A stretch of 28,287 bases of DNA from Bryobacteraceae bacterium (GCA_030036985.1 JASHSD010000109.1:1-28287); one strand, 5' to 3'; numbered from the stretch's first letter, positions 7,321 to 15,535 are shown. Translations and numbers: made by a program. The notes: a model not told the origin generated them from the sequence alone.

Positions 7321-8469
7321 GTGGCCAAAGATCGTGGGTATAAGGTCCTCCTTCCTGTCGAAATCGTCAACGGCCGCGTAACCGGGCCGCTTTACGGCTA
7401 CCACCATCCTGAAACCGGGGTGTTCAACGTAACCTCGTGCGGGGAGCTGTCTCCTCTTGAAACAGGTCGCCCGTGCGCGAGGCTCGGCACGCTCTCTGAC
7501 GCTTCCTCTGTGGCCGCTGGGGAGGGCGAAGGCCTGATTGGCCGCTACATTGACAACAAACCCGTCTTCACCTGCAGCGGGCAAGATTGCGAACTTCATT
7601 ATTACGCTCTGGTCCAAGATGTATTCTCCCGTAACCATGGAATCCTGGAAACCAGCGCCCTGCTTCACGCCAGGGCAGTAATCTCCGGCTGCGGCTCAGT
7701 CGGCAGCCAGGTGGCTTTGGATCTCGCGAGGTCGGGCGTGGGAAACTTTTTCCTGATCGATAACGATCAGCTCGCCTACCACAATCTATGCCGGCATCAG
7801 TGCGGGATCAGCGACGTGGGGCGGCTGAAAGTGGATGCCGTCAGGGACCGCATCCTGGAAATCAATCGAAATGCAAAGGTGCGGGTGGCACCCACCATCA
7901 TCGAGCGCATCGCCAAGGACGTGTGGGAAGCATGGCTCGACCATGACACTGTGATCGTCGGTTGCGCTGACAACCGCGAGGCGGACGTCTACGCGAACCG
8001 TCTTTCGCAACTGTACATGGCGCCCTTCGTGTCGATCGGTTTGTGGGAACGGGCCTTCGCCGGGGAGCTGTTCTGGAGCATTCCGGGAGAGACGCCTTGC
8101 TATTACTGCGCGTTCGGCGCAAAGACCAACAACCTGTCTTTCAGGCCCTCCCAAAACCGGAGAGTCTATACGACGGAAGAGGACCTGGGCAAACTGACCT
8201 TCGAGCCCGGCATAGCCGTTGATATCGGGTTCGTGACGAATATCGGCATCAAGATCGCGCTCGACCTGCTCGGCAGGGGCAGGCGTCCGATGCGTCTTCT
8301 TGACGACATCAAGCAATTCACGCTGGTCTGCAATACGACCAACGTCCAGGTCGCCGGAGACCTGCAGGAGATTTTCGACCATGCGCTGCAGGTGACGAGA
8401 TCCATCGACGTGGAAAAACATGAAGAGTGCCCGCACTGCCGCGTGGCCGGAAAAGGGCGTGAAGCATGA
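7321..8469 (+). CDS. E1-like ThiF/MoeB-family adenylyltransferase
   Basis: GTG start, 382 aa. GCGSVG nucleotide-binding loop, LIDND..HNLCRH, GRLKVDAV, GCADN, and Zn-binding C260xxC263 / C370xxC373. About 100 aa N-terminal extra domain. Confidence 0.92.
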   Translation: MAKDRGYKVLLPVEIVNGRVTGPLYGYHHPETGVFNVTSCGELSPLETGRPCARLGTLSDASSVAAGEGEGLIGRYIDNKPVFTCSGQDCELHYYALVQDVFSRNHGILETSALLHARAVISGCGSVGSQVALDLARSGVGNFFLIDNDQLAYHNLCRHQCGISDVGRLKVDAVRDRILEINRNAKVRVAPTIIERIAKDVWEAWLDHDTVIVGCADNREADVYANRLSQLYMAPFVSIGLWERAFAGELFWSIPGETPCYYCAFGAKTNNLSFRPSQNRRVYTTEEDLGKLTFEPGIAVDIGFVTNIGIKIALDLLGRGRRPMRLLDDIKQFTLVCNTTNVQVAGDLQEIFDHALQVTRSIDVEKHEECPHCRVAGKGREA

Positions 8470-11400
8470 GCAACGGGGGCAGCATGAACGCCGCGCATGA
8501 TCGGCGCGAGACGGAGTTGTGCGGCATCGCTCTTCTCGGGCAGCATTACTCGACTTTTTGCCAGAATCCCGCGAGGGTCAGGCGGGAAATTCTCTTCTTC
8601 ATCGACCATCGCTGGCGTCTGGCCGAGGATGAAAGGCAATGGTGCGCCGGCCTGCTGTCCGAAGATGACGGCGAGGCGCGCGATGGTGTCGGCCTTGTTC
8701 GGCAAATGGGCAGTGTTCTCGCGCCGGAGGACCTTACCGGACTGGCCCAGTGCCTGGGCTGGTTTGACGCAGGCGATGGAGCCATGCAGTCTTTGCTGCG
8801 CGATCTACTCGCCGGAGCACAGTCTCCGGTCGCGCACGGGGAACTTTTTCCTGAGCCGGTGTTGACGGCTTTTGGAGTGCTGGGCACCGATCCGACGCTG
8901 GACGCGGACGCGGTGAACCAGATCTATAAGCAGAAGATGAAGGTCCTGCATCCGGATGCCCGTGTCGGCGTCGAACTCAACGCGCGCGAGAGCGCTGAGG
9001 CGGATTCAGTCGTGAGACGGCTGACTGACGCGCGAGAGACGATCAGAGCGCATTTCGAGACAATGAGCCGCGCGTCATCCGGCCCGACCGGCCGGCCGCC
9101 GCCGGCGGAGCCAATGGAAGACGACAAGACGTGGAATCTCACGGCGCGCACGCGCGAACTCGGGCAAAGGGTCCAACAAACAATTGAAGCGGCCCACGAG
9201 ATCATTAGGGAAACCGATCAGCGAATAGAAAACGCCCGCAACAAGCGGCAGGCAGACATAGCGGCTATAAACAATCTGGCGGCGCCCCCCCGGCAGGAGG
9301 CCGAGCACCTTTTGAGCAATGCACGCGCGCATCTGACGGCACAGGGCGCCGAAGTGGCGGTGCTCCATCGACCGGATTATCGCGGGGCGGGGCCAGCCGG
9401 AACGGATCTGCGCGACGCGCGCGCGGCCATATCCAGCCTGAAATCGCTCGTTGAGGATCAAGTTCTCAAGGCTTCGAAGCCCAAGCAGGCGTGGCGTCCC
9501 AACAGTGACGGAGGCGGCTGCGCAATGGTGATCGTCGCGATTTTTGCGGGCGCGATCGGCGCCAATCTTGCCGGCAACTTCCTGGGTTTCCTCGCCGGTT
9601 TTGCCGCCGTCTGCGGCGGCGTCATGTGGTGGCTTCACCACGATCCTGTTTCACGGCTGCGGTCCGTGTCTTCGGACGTCGAAGGGCGCGGGTATCAGGC
9701 GCTCGCCATCATCGACCAGTACACAAGAGAAACCACCGCCCGGGCGGACGCGGAACTTCAATCGGCGGAGCAGCGATTTCGCAGTGAAATCGCCCAACTC
9801 GACCGGTCCTTGCAGGGCCAGGCGGCGGAGCTTCAGCGTGAGATTGCATCCCTTTGGGCGGATGCGCGGTTTTCATGCGCGGAGTGGAACGCGGCTGACT
9901 GGGACAAGTGGCGTCCCTCGTCGGCTCCGGCGTTCGCGGCCCGTTTTGCCACGCTGACCGCTGAAACCGCCGACCTCGGCCGTCGCCTGACAGCAAATTT
10001 GAGCTTCGTCGTTCCAGCCCTGGCGCCTTTCCCGGAAGGGCGCGCCCTTCTGCTCAAGGTCTCGGGGGCCGCGAAGGACGGCGCGGCGAAGGCCATCCAG
10101 TCCGCGCTGGCCCGCCTGCTGGCGACGATCCCGCCCGCGAAGCTGCGCTTCACATTCATCGACCCCATCGCGCTCGGAAGCAATGTCGCGGCCTTCATGC
10201 CCTTGGCCGACCACGAAGAGTCGCTCGTTACCAGCCGTGCCTGGAGCGAGCCGCATCACATCGAGCAGCGCCTCGGCGATTTGACCGAGCACATGGAAAC
10301 GGTCATCCAGAAGTATCTGCGCACCGAGTTCAAATCGATCCATGACTACAACGAGGCCGCCAAGGAAGTCGCGGAGCCGTACCGGTTCGTCGTCGTGTTC
10401 GATTTTCCGGTCAACTTCACCGACACGGCGGCCCGTCGCCTGATCAGCATCGCGCGGAATGGCGCGCGCTGCGGCGTTTATTGTCTGGTCGTATGCGACA
10501 GCGGCAAGCCGCTGCCGTACGGATTTTCCCTCGATGAATTGCGACGATCATCCAGCGTCATTGAGGCCCCCACCGGCAAGCCTGAGACCGAACTAAGCTG
10601 GGCGGACCCGGACTTCCAATCCTGGCGCCTACAGCTTGACGCGGGCGCGCCGCGTGCGATCTTGGCGCGTGTCATCGGCGCGGTCGGCGGGCTCGCGAAG
10701 GACGCCATGCGCGTAGAAGTGCCGTACAGCAAGCTGCTCTCGCTTGCACAACTGGGCAACGGGAACTGGTGGAAAGCGACGACTGCAAAATCGATTCGCG
10801 TGCCCCTCGGCCCGACGGGCGCGCGCAAGCTGCAATATCTCGTGCTGGGTGAGGGCATGGGCCATCATGCGCTGATTGTGGGCCGGCCCGGTTCGGGGAA
10901 AAGCAACCTGATGCATGTCATCATCACCACACTGGCGTTAACCTACCCGCCGGAGGAGATCAGGCTATACCTGATCGACTTCAAGAAAGGCGTCGAATTC
11001 AAGTGCTACGCCGACTTTAAGCTGCCGCACGCGGAGGCGATCGCCATCGAGAGCGAGCGCGAATTCGGGCTGAGCGTGGTCGAGCGTCTCGACGTTGAAC
11101 TGAAGCGGCGCGGCGACCTTTTCCGCGGCGCGGGATCGGCCAATATCACCGAGTACCGGGAGAAGACAGGGCAGCAGATTCCCCGCGTCCTGCTGCTGGT
11201 CGATGAGTTCCAGGAATTCTTCACGCAGGACGATCAGGTCGCGCGTCAGACCACGCTGATCCTCGACCGCCTGGTGCGGCAAGGACGCGCTTTCGGCATT
11301 CACGTCATACTGGGATCGCAGACGCTGGCGGGCAGCTACAATCTTTCCCGCAGCACGCTCGACCAGATGGCCGTGCGCATCGCCATGCAGTGCAGCGAGG

Positions 11401-12473
11401 CCGATTCACGGCTGATCTTGTCGGACGACAATCCGGCGGCACGGTTGTTGTCGCGGCCGGGCGAGGCGATCTACAACGCGGCGAGCGGCCTGGTCGAGGG
11501 AAACAACCTGTTTCAAGTGGCGCGGTTTTCCGAGGAGGACGGCGCCGAGTGCCTAGCGCTCGTCGGGCGGATCGCGCGCGATTCGGGCAGGAGGGTCGGC
11601 GTGCCCATTGTTTTTGAGGGCAACGAACTTGCGCATATGGTCGATTGCCGGAAGCTGCGGGATCTCCTCGGCGCGGCCGACTGGCCGGAGCGGCGGAGCG
11701 TCGAACTGCTGCTCGGCGATCCGATCGCGATCAAGGATCCCGTGGCCGTGCGCCTTCTACGGCAAAGCGGGAGCCATCTCCTCATCCTGTCACGCGACGA
11801 AGCGGAGGGCGTGGGCATGTGCGTTGCGTCCGTCGCCAGTATCCTGCTCCAGCAGCGGCCCGGGGATGCGCAGGTCTTCATTGCCGATTTCACGCTGGCG
11901 GACAGCGAATGGGCCGAGCGCGCCGAGGATATCGAGAAGCATTTCCCGCACCAGATCAAGGTGCTGAGCCGCCAGCGCGAAGTCGCCGACGCCGTCAAGA
12001 CCATCGCCGAGGAGGTCAGGCGCCGGGGCGACCCGCCTCCGGAGCGTTCCAGCATCTATCTCGTCATTCAGGGAATGCACCGCGTGCGGGTGTTGCGGGG
12101 CGACGACGAGTCGTTCGCTTACGAGGATGACCGCTCGACCCCGGCCGAACATTTCGCGGCGATATTGCGCGACGGCCCCGAGGTCGGGATACATGTGATC
12201 GCCTGGTGCGATACGTACGCGAACGCTGGGCGCGTCGCCGACCGCCGGATGATTACGCAGTTCGGCCTGCGAGCGGGCGGCGCGATGAGCGCGGACGATT
12301 CGATGAATTTCTTCGATGACGCGGCAGCCTCACGCATCGACAAACCGCATCGCATCATCTTCTTCGAAGAGGAGCGACCGGGCCAATTGGAGAAGTTCCG
12401 CCCTTATTCAATGCCACCGCGCGATTGGCTGGAAGAGGTCGGGGGACGGCTCCGCGCGCGGACGGCTTCTTGA
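8466..12473 (+). CDS. EccC/EssC-like FtsK/SpoIIIE ATPase with N-terminal helical + DnaJ (HPD) domain and two TM helices
   Basis: 1335 aa, ATGA overlap with the E1 stop. J-domain YKQKMKVLHPD (HPD 8949-8957), coiled coils, TM hairpin (~9520-9635). One intact ATPase (Walker A GRPGSGKS 10881-10904; Walker B LLLVDEFQ; GRAFGIHVILGSQ) is flanked by two degenerate FtsK-like repeats. Confidence 0.9.
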   Translation: MSNGGSMNAAHDRRETELCGIALLGQHYSTFCQNPARVRREILFFIDHRWRLAEDERQWCAGLLSEDDGEARDGVGLVRQMGSVLAPEDLTGLAQCLGWFDAGDGAMQSLLRDLLAGAQSPVAHGELFPEPVLTAFGVLGTDPTLDADAVNQIYKQKMKVLHPDARVGVELNARESAEADSVVRRLTDARETIRAHFETMSRASSGPTGRPPPAEPMEDDKTWNLTARTRELGQRVQQTIEAAHEIIRETDQRIENARNKRQADIAAINNLAAPPRQEAEHLLSNARAHLTAQGAEVAVLHRPDYRGAGPAGTDLRDARAAISSLKSLVEDQVLKASKPKQAWRPNSDGGGCAMVIVAIFAGAIGANLAGNFLGFLAGFAAVCGGVMWWLHHDPVSRLRSVSSDVEGRGYQALAIIDQYTRETTARADAELQSAEQRFRSEIAQLDRSLQGQAAELQREIASLWADARFSCAEWNAADWDKWRPSSAPAFAARFATLTAETADLGRRLTANLSFVVPALAPFPEGRALLLKVSGAAKDGAAKAIQSALARLLATIPPAKLRFTFIDPIALGSNVAAFMPLADHEESLVTSRAWSEPHHIEQRLGDLTEHMETVIQKYLRTEFKSIHDYNEAAKEVAEPYRFVVVFDFPVNFTDTAARRLISIARNGARCGVYCLVVCDSGKPLPYGFSLDELRRSSSVIEAPTGKPETELSWADPDFQSWRLQLDAGAPRAILARVIGAVGGLAKDAMRVEVPYSKLLSLAQLGNGNWWKATTAKSIRVPLGPTGARKLQYLVLGEGMGHHALIVGRPGSGKSNLMHVIITTLALTYPPEEIRLYLIDFKKGVEFKCYADFKLPHAEAIAIESEREFGLSVVERLDVELKRRGDLFRGAGSANITEYREKTGQQIPRVLLLVDEFQEFFTQDDQVARQTTLILDRLVRQGRAFGIHVILGSQTLAGSYNLSRSTLDQMAVRIAMQCSEADSRLILSDDNPAARLLSRPGEAIYNAASGLVEGNNLFQVARFSEEDGAECLALVGRIARDSGRRVGVPIVFEGNELAHMVDCRKLRDLLGAADWPERRSVELLLGDPIAIKDPVAVRLLRQSGSHLLILSRDEAEGVGMCVASVASILLQQRPGDAQVFIADFTLADSEWAERAEDIEKHFPHQIKVLSRQREVADAVKTIAEEVRRRGDPPPERSSIYLVIQGMHRVRVLRGDDESFAYEDDRSTPAEHFAAILRDGPEVGIHVIAWCDTYANAGRVADRRMITQFGLRAGGAMSADDSMNFFDDAAASRIDKPHRIIFFEEERPGQLEKFRPYSMPPRDWLEEVGGRLRARTAS

Positions 12474-12492
12474 GACGAAAGGTTGATTTCAT

Positions 12493-12777
12493 ATGCCTCA
12501 ATCCGATATTCATGTTGACCCTGACCGCCTGTTGGCCATCGCCGAGGAACTGAGCATGTTTTCGGGCGACATCAGGACCGAGTTAACCGTGCTTGACGGC
12601 GAGCTTGCCCGGCTGGGGCGCAGCTGGCAGGACGAGGAATACACGAAGTTCAAGCGTGCGATTCAGCCGCTGCGACGGGTTCTGGACGAATTCCAGCAGG
12701 AAATCGCGCGCAGCAAGCCGGACATGTTAGCCGACGCCGAGGCGATTCGTGTCTACCAAAGACTTAAGACCCCCTAA
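12493..12777 (+). CDS. WXG100/ESAT-6-like protein
   Basis: 94 aa helix-turn-helix pattern with central SW45QD..Y..F and an N-terminal VDPDRL motif; directly downstream of the FtsK ATPase. Confidence 0.8.
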   Translation: MPQSDIHVDPDRLLAIAEELSMFSGDIRTELTVLDGELARLGRSWQDEEYTKFKRAIQPLRRVLDEFQQEIARSKPDMLADAEAIRVYQRLKTP

Positions 12778-12782
12778 AAGCC

Positions 12783-13055
12783 ATGCCATCCGCCATCGTC
12801 ACACCAGCTGAACTCGTCGCCTTCGCGCGGCATCTTTCAAAGACCGCGGATAGCGTCGCCAAGCGCCGCAACAAGGCCGCCCGGCTCGTCGGCGATGCTC
12901 GAAGCGTCTGGAAGGACGCCAAGTACGACCGTTTCCGCAAGACGTTCGATCAGACCGTCAAGGACCTGGACCGGTTCGTCAGGCTTGCGGAGGACTACGC
13001 CCAGTTCCTGGAACGCAAGGCCGGACTGGCGCGCAAGTATCTTGACAACCGGTGA
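12783..13055 (+). CDS. WXG100/ESAT-6-like protein
   Basis: 90 aa; N-terminal VTPAELVAFA and central VW43KD..Y..F; tandem partner of the previous gene. Confidence 0.8.
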   Translation: MPSAIVTPAELVAFARHLSKTADSVAKRRNKAARLVGDARSVWKDAKYDRFRKTFDQTVKDLDRFVRLAEDYAQFLERKAGLARKYLDNR

Positions 13056-14035
13056 CGACGGTGCGAGACAGCGCCAAAGTCCGGAGCGAAGCCATCGCCG
13101 CGTTCGAGACGGCGCTTGGACGGTTTGCTGCCGCCGCTCTTGAACGCGCCAAGGCGGCGGAGACGACGCTGCGGCGGACGACGGGCCAGCTTGAGGAACG
13201 CCGGGCCGCTTTGCGCCGCGAAATGTCGCGTCTGCGCGACGAAATCGAGAACGCCGAAGAGGATGACGAGATAAGCCACGCGCGGCGGCAATACGAAGAC
13301 GCGGAGGAAGCGCTGTCAAACCTCGTCAGGTGGCAGCGGAATGTCGAGGCAACCGCCGCTTCCTATCAACGTGAAGCGGCCAAGCTGCAGGATCTGGGCA
13401 CCGGCATGACCGCCGAGGCGCGCGCAGCTCTGCGACGGGTCCTTGAAAACCTGGGGGCTTACTTCGCCTTACAAAAAGACGGGGCCGTGATCGGCCGTAC
13501 CGGCGGGGCTCTCGCTGCGGACCGCGCGGGACCCGAAGCGGACGGCGATCCGCGCCGCATTCGCGCCGTGGCGTCCGTCCTCCTGTCCCTGCTGGCCTTA
13601 AGGCGGGAAGCCTGGGACAACGCGGCTTCGCCCAATGCCAGGCTGGAGGCTCTGCAGGAAGCCGAAAACCGCATCGCGGATGTGACGGGGCGCCCGGCGC
13701 TGCCGGTGTTGCCGGCGGCGCTTGAGGCGCAAGAATACGGCGTATGCGACGGCGAGACAATCTGGATAAACGATGAGCACCTCGGACCCGGAAGCAGTCG
13801 CGAGATGATCAGAACGATCGTCCACGAAGGGCGTCATGCGTATCAATATTACGTTTGCGCTAACGCGGCGGCGCATGGCGATGCTGCCGAAGTCGAGGCC
13901 TGGCGGACGAATCTCTGCCAGTATGTGGAGTGGAAAGAGAATCCTGCGCGGTACGCGAGCCAGCCGGTTGAGGCCGACGCTTTTGCCTGCGAGGACGCGG
14001 TGATGGAGGTTTACTTGAACGAGGGAGGTGACTAG
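13052..14035 (+). CDS. Helical-hairpin (WXG/LXG-like) N-terminus fused to a zincin metallopeptidase-like domain; candidate effector
   Basis: GTG start with GTGA overlap, 327 aa. About 140 aa of coiled coil, then IWIN...TIVH258EGRH262AYQY and a downstream QPVEADA (third ligand Glu). Confidence 0.75.
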   Translation: MTTVRDSAKVRSEAIAAFETALGRFAAAALERAKAAETTLRRTTGQLEERRAALRREMSRLRDEIENAEEDDEISHARRQYEDAEEALSNLVRWQRNVEATAASYQREAAKLQDLGTGMTAEARAALRRVLENLGAYFALQKDGAVIGRTGGALAADRAGPEADGDPRRIRAVASVLLSLLALRREAWDNAASPNARLEALQEAENRIADVTGRPALPVLPAALEAQEYGVCDGETIWINDEHLGPGSSREMIRTIVHEGRHAYQYYVCANAAAHGDAAEVEAWRTNLCQYVEWKENPARYASQPVEADAFACEDAVMEVYLNEGGD

Positions 14036-14388
14036 TGGAAACCGGGAATTCGACGGGCCGACGCCTTGATCCAGTCGTGATAGCGGCTCGGCTTGTTGAG
14101 GAGTTCGGCTATTCGCCCGCCAGCGCCGAAATCACAGCGCTTGACCTGACCAACTGTTCTTCAAAGGTATGGGATGAGTTCAGCCGCTGGTGGCAAACAG
14201 GCGCGCTTGGCCCGCCGGAGGTCGAGGGGTTCTCGGCGGCGCAGCTGGTCCGCGATCACTCCCTCCTTCCGCCGGCCGCCTTTCTGATGCTCGACTGGCT
14301 CTTGAGAGACCCATCCGCCGCCAAGGCAGCGCTCGCGCGCGGATATGACTCGGTGGGTCATGGGCCCGCCGGGAGGAGGGCGCGGTGA
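14035..14388 (+). CDS. Small helical hypothetical protein; candidate immunity/inhibitor of the upstream peptidase
   Basis: 117 aa, GTG start overlapping the upstream TAG by 1 nt, with a GGAGG RBS. The function is inferred from position only. Confidence 0.6.
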   Translation: METGNSTGRRLDPVVIAARLVEEFGYSPASAEITALDLTNCSSKVWDEFSRWWQTGALGPPEVEGFSAAQLVRDHSLLPPAAFLMLDWLLRDPSAAKAALARGYDSVGHGPAGRRAR

Positions 14389-14476
14389 GATCAGGACAGA
14401 AAAGTTATCCGGGGCGGCGCGGGAGGCCTTGGCGCATTTTTTGGACTGGCTGCGGCCAGCTACGCAGGGATGAGTC

Positions 14477-14689
14477 ATGAGCCGAATGCGGGACCTTCAT
14501 GCGGAGGCGCGGGCGGAGTGGTCGCGCCTGCAGGAATGCTGGGAGGAGGCCCGCAGTCAGTGGCAGGATGACGTTGCTGACGAGTTCGAGCGGCATCGCT
14601 GGCGGGCCTGGGAGGAGCGCGTGCCGGTCTTCCTCGACGCATTGGAAAAGCTGGAGGAAATCACCAGCCGCGCTCTCAGGGAAACATAG
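14477..14689 (+). CDS. Short WXG100-like helical protein
   Basis: 70 aa, all-helical, with QW29QD..A..F, the same W-x-D turn motif as the two upstream WXG100-like genes. Confidence 0.6.
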   Translation: MSRMRDLHAEARAEWSRLQECWEEARSQWQDDVADEFERHRWRAWEERVPVFLDALEKLEEITSRALRET

Positions 14690-14828
14690 GCACATCTTTT
14701 GAAGAGAGTCAGTTATTCTTCCAGCGCGCGTTATCGATTGACGGCGCGGGCAGTCAAGGCATGGCGTCCTCGGCGGAACCCAACGTATCCCGACAAGATC
14801 CCGCAGTGTCGCTACGCTTGCATCAGCT

Positions 14829-15329
14829 CTAACAATTGGAATCGTTAACACGCGGACGCGGGCGCAGCCGGTAACCGAACTTTCGCGAACTTTGTATCAT
14901 CCCGCGGGGCTGCTGCTCCCCGGGGATCTCGAGCTGGCGCCCGAGGCGATATACAATTTGCTGGAGCGCACGCTTGCTCACCGGGCGGCCGGTCCGTTTC
15001 CGTACGGCCTCAAGCAGGTTGTCTAGTGTAATCCAGCCCTGCGCCTTGAAGAGAATGTCGAGGACCTGTGCCAGACTCTTTGTCAGCGAAAGTGTTTGCC
15101 CCCCGACGGACACCAGAACGCGCCCCGGCACAGTAACTCGGCCGGTTCTGCCGACGCCTAGTTCGAGGCGTGGATGCAAAGCATCACGTACGGCCTCCAG
15201 ATCCGATTTCGCCCGCACCATCGCTCGATAACCCTGCCGATAGCATTCGAGAGCCTTTTCCACGCTCAAGGCTGCACGATCGACCAGAACGTTCAACTGC
15301 CCCTTTTCGCGGGTGCCGAGGGACGTCAC
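14829..15329 (-). CDS. OmpR/PhoB-type winged-helix DNA-binding protein lacking a receiver domain
   Basis: C-terminal LSLTKSLAQVLDILFKAQGWITLDNLLEAV..SKRALQQIVYRLGRQL..IQSSRKFGYRL matches Trans_reg_C. The N-terminus is a short helical segment. Divergent from the 15536 operon. Confidence 0.75.
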   Translation of the reverse strand: MTSLGTREKGQLNVLVDRAALSVEKALECYRQGYRAMVRAKSDLEAVRDALHPRLELGVGRTGRVTVPGRVLVSVGGQTLSLTKSLAQVLDILFKAQGWITLDNLLEAVRKRTGRPVSKRALQQIVYRLGRQLEIPGEQQPRGMIQSSRKFGYRLRPRPRVNDSNC

Positions 15330-15366
15330 GGATATAACTACGAAAGGAATCCCCCTTTTTTCTGCT

Positions 15367-15386
15367 AGGTCACTGGAAGATGACCT
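15367..15386. promoter_or_regulatory. Palindromic candidate operator AGGTCA-N8-TGACCT
   Basis: Perfect 6-8-6 inverted repeat in the divergent intergenic region 15330-15535. Confidence 0.35.
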
Positions 15387-15535
15387 CTGCGCGGCAGCTT
15401 ACGGTTTTTGCACACCGGCACTAAAGAAAAATTACGCGCAAAACCGAAAAACAATCCGGGGCCCGCGTACTAGCTCTCGAGCCGGGCTGCTTTTGCGGCG
15501 TTCGCCCGGCCCGAATCTTGACGAGGGGGGAATGC

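Noticed and set aside
5674-8469. Calling the E2/JAB/E1 trio CBASS (Cap2/Cap3), Bil, or ThiS/MoaD sulfur transfer
   Set aside because: No CD-NTase, no free Ubl/ThiS/MoaD gene and no thiamine, molybdopterin or cysteine synthesis genes are in the window; E1 and E2 are separate genes in a different context.
14021-14035. Peptidase gene ends in ...NEGGD, resembling a Gly-Gly Ubl tail with one residue to trim
   Set aside because: The GGAGG encoding Gly-Gly is the Shine-Dalgarno of the overlapping next gene (GTG 14035), and the domain before it is a zincin, not a beta-grasp.
12493-14689. Canonical T7SS YxxxD/E export signal on the WXG100-like proteins
   Set aside because: No correctly spaced motif is found at the C-termini (e.g. 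YAQFLE is YxxxxE).
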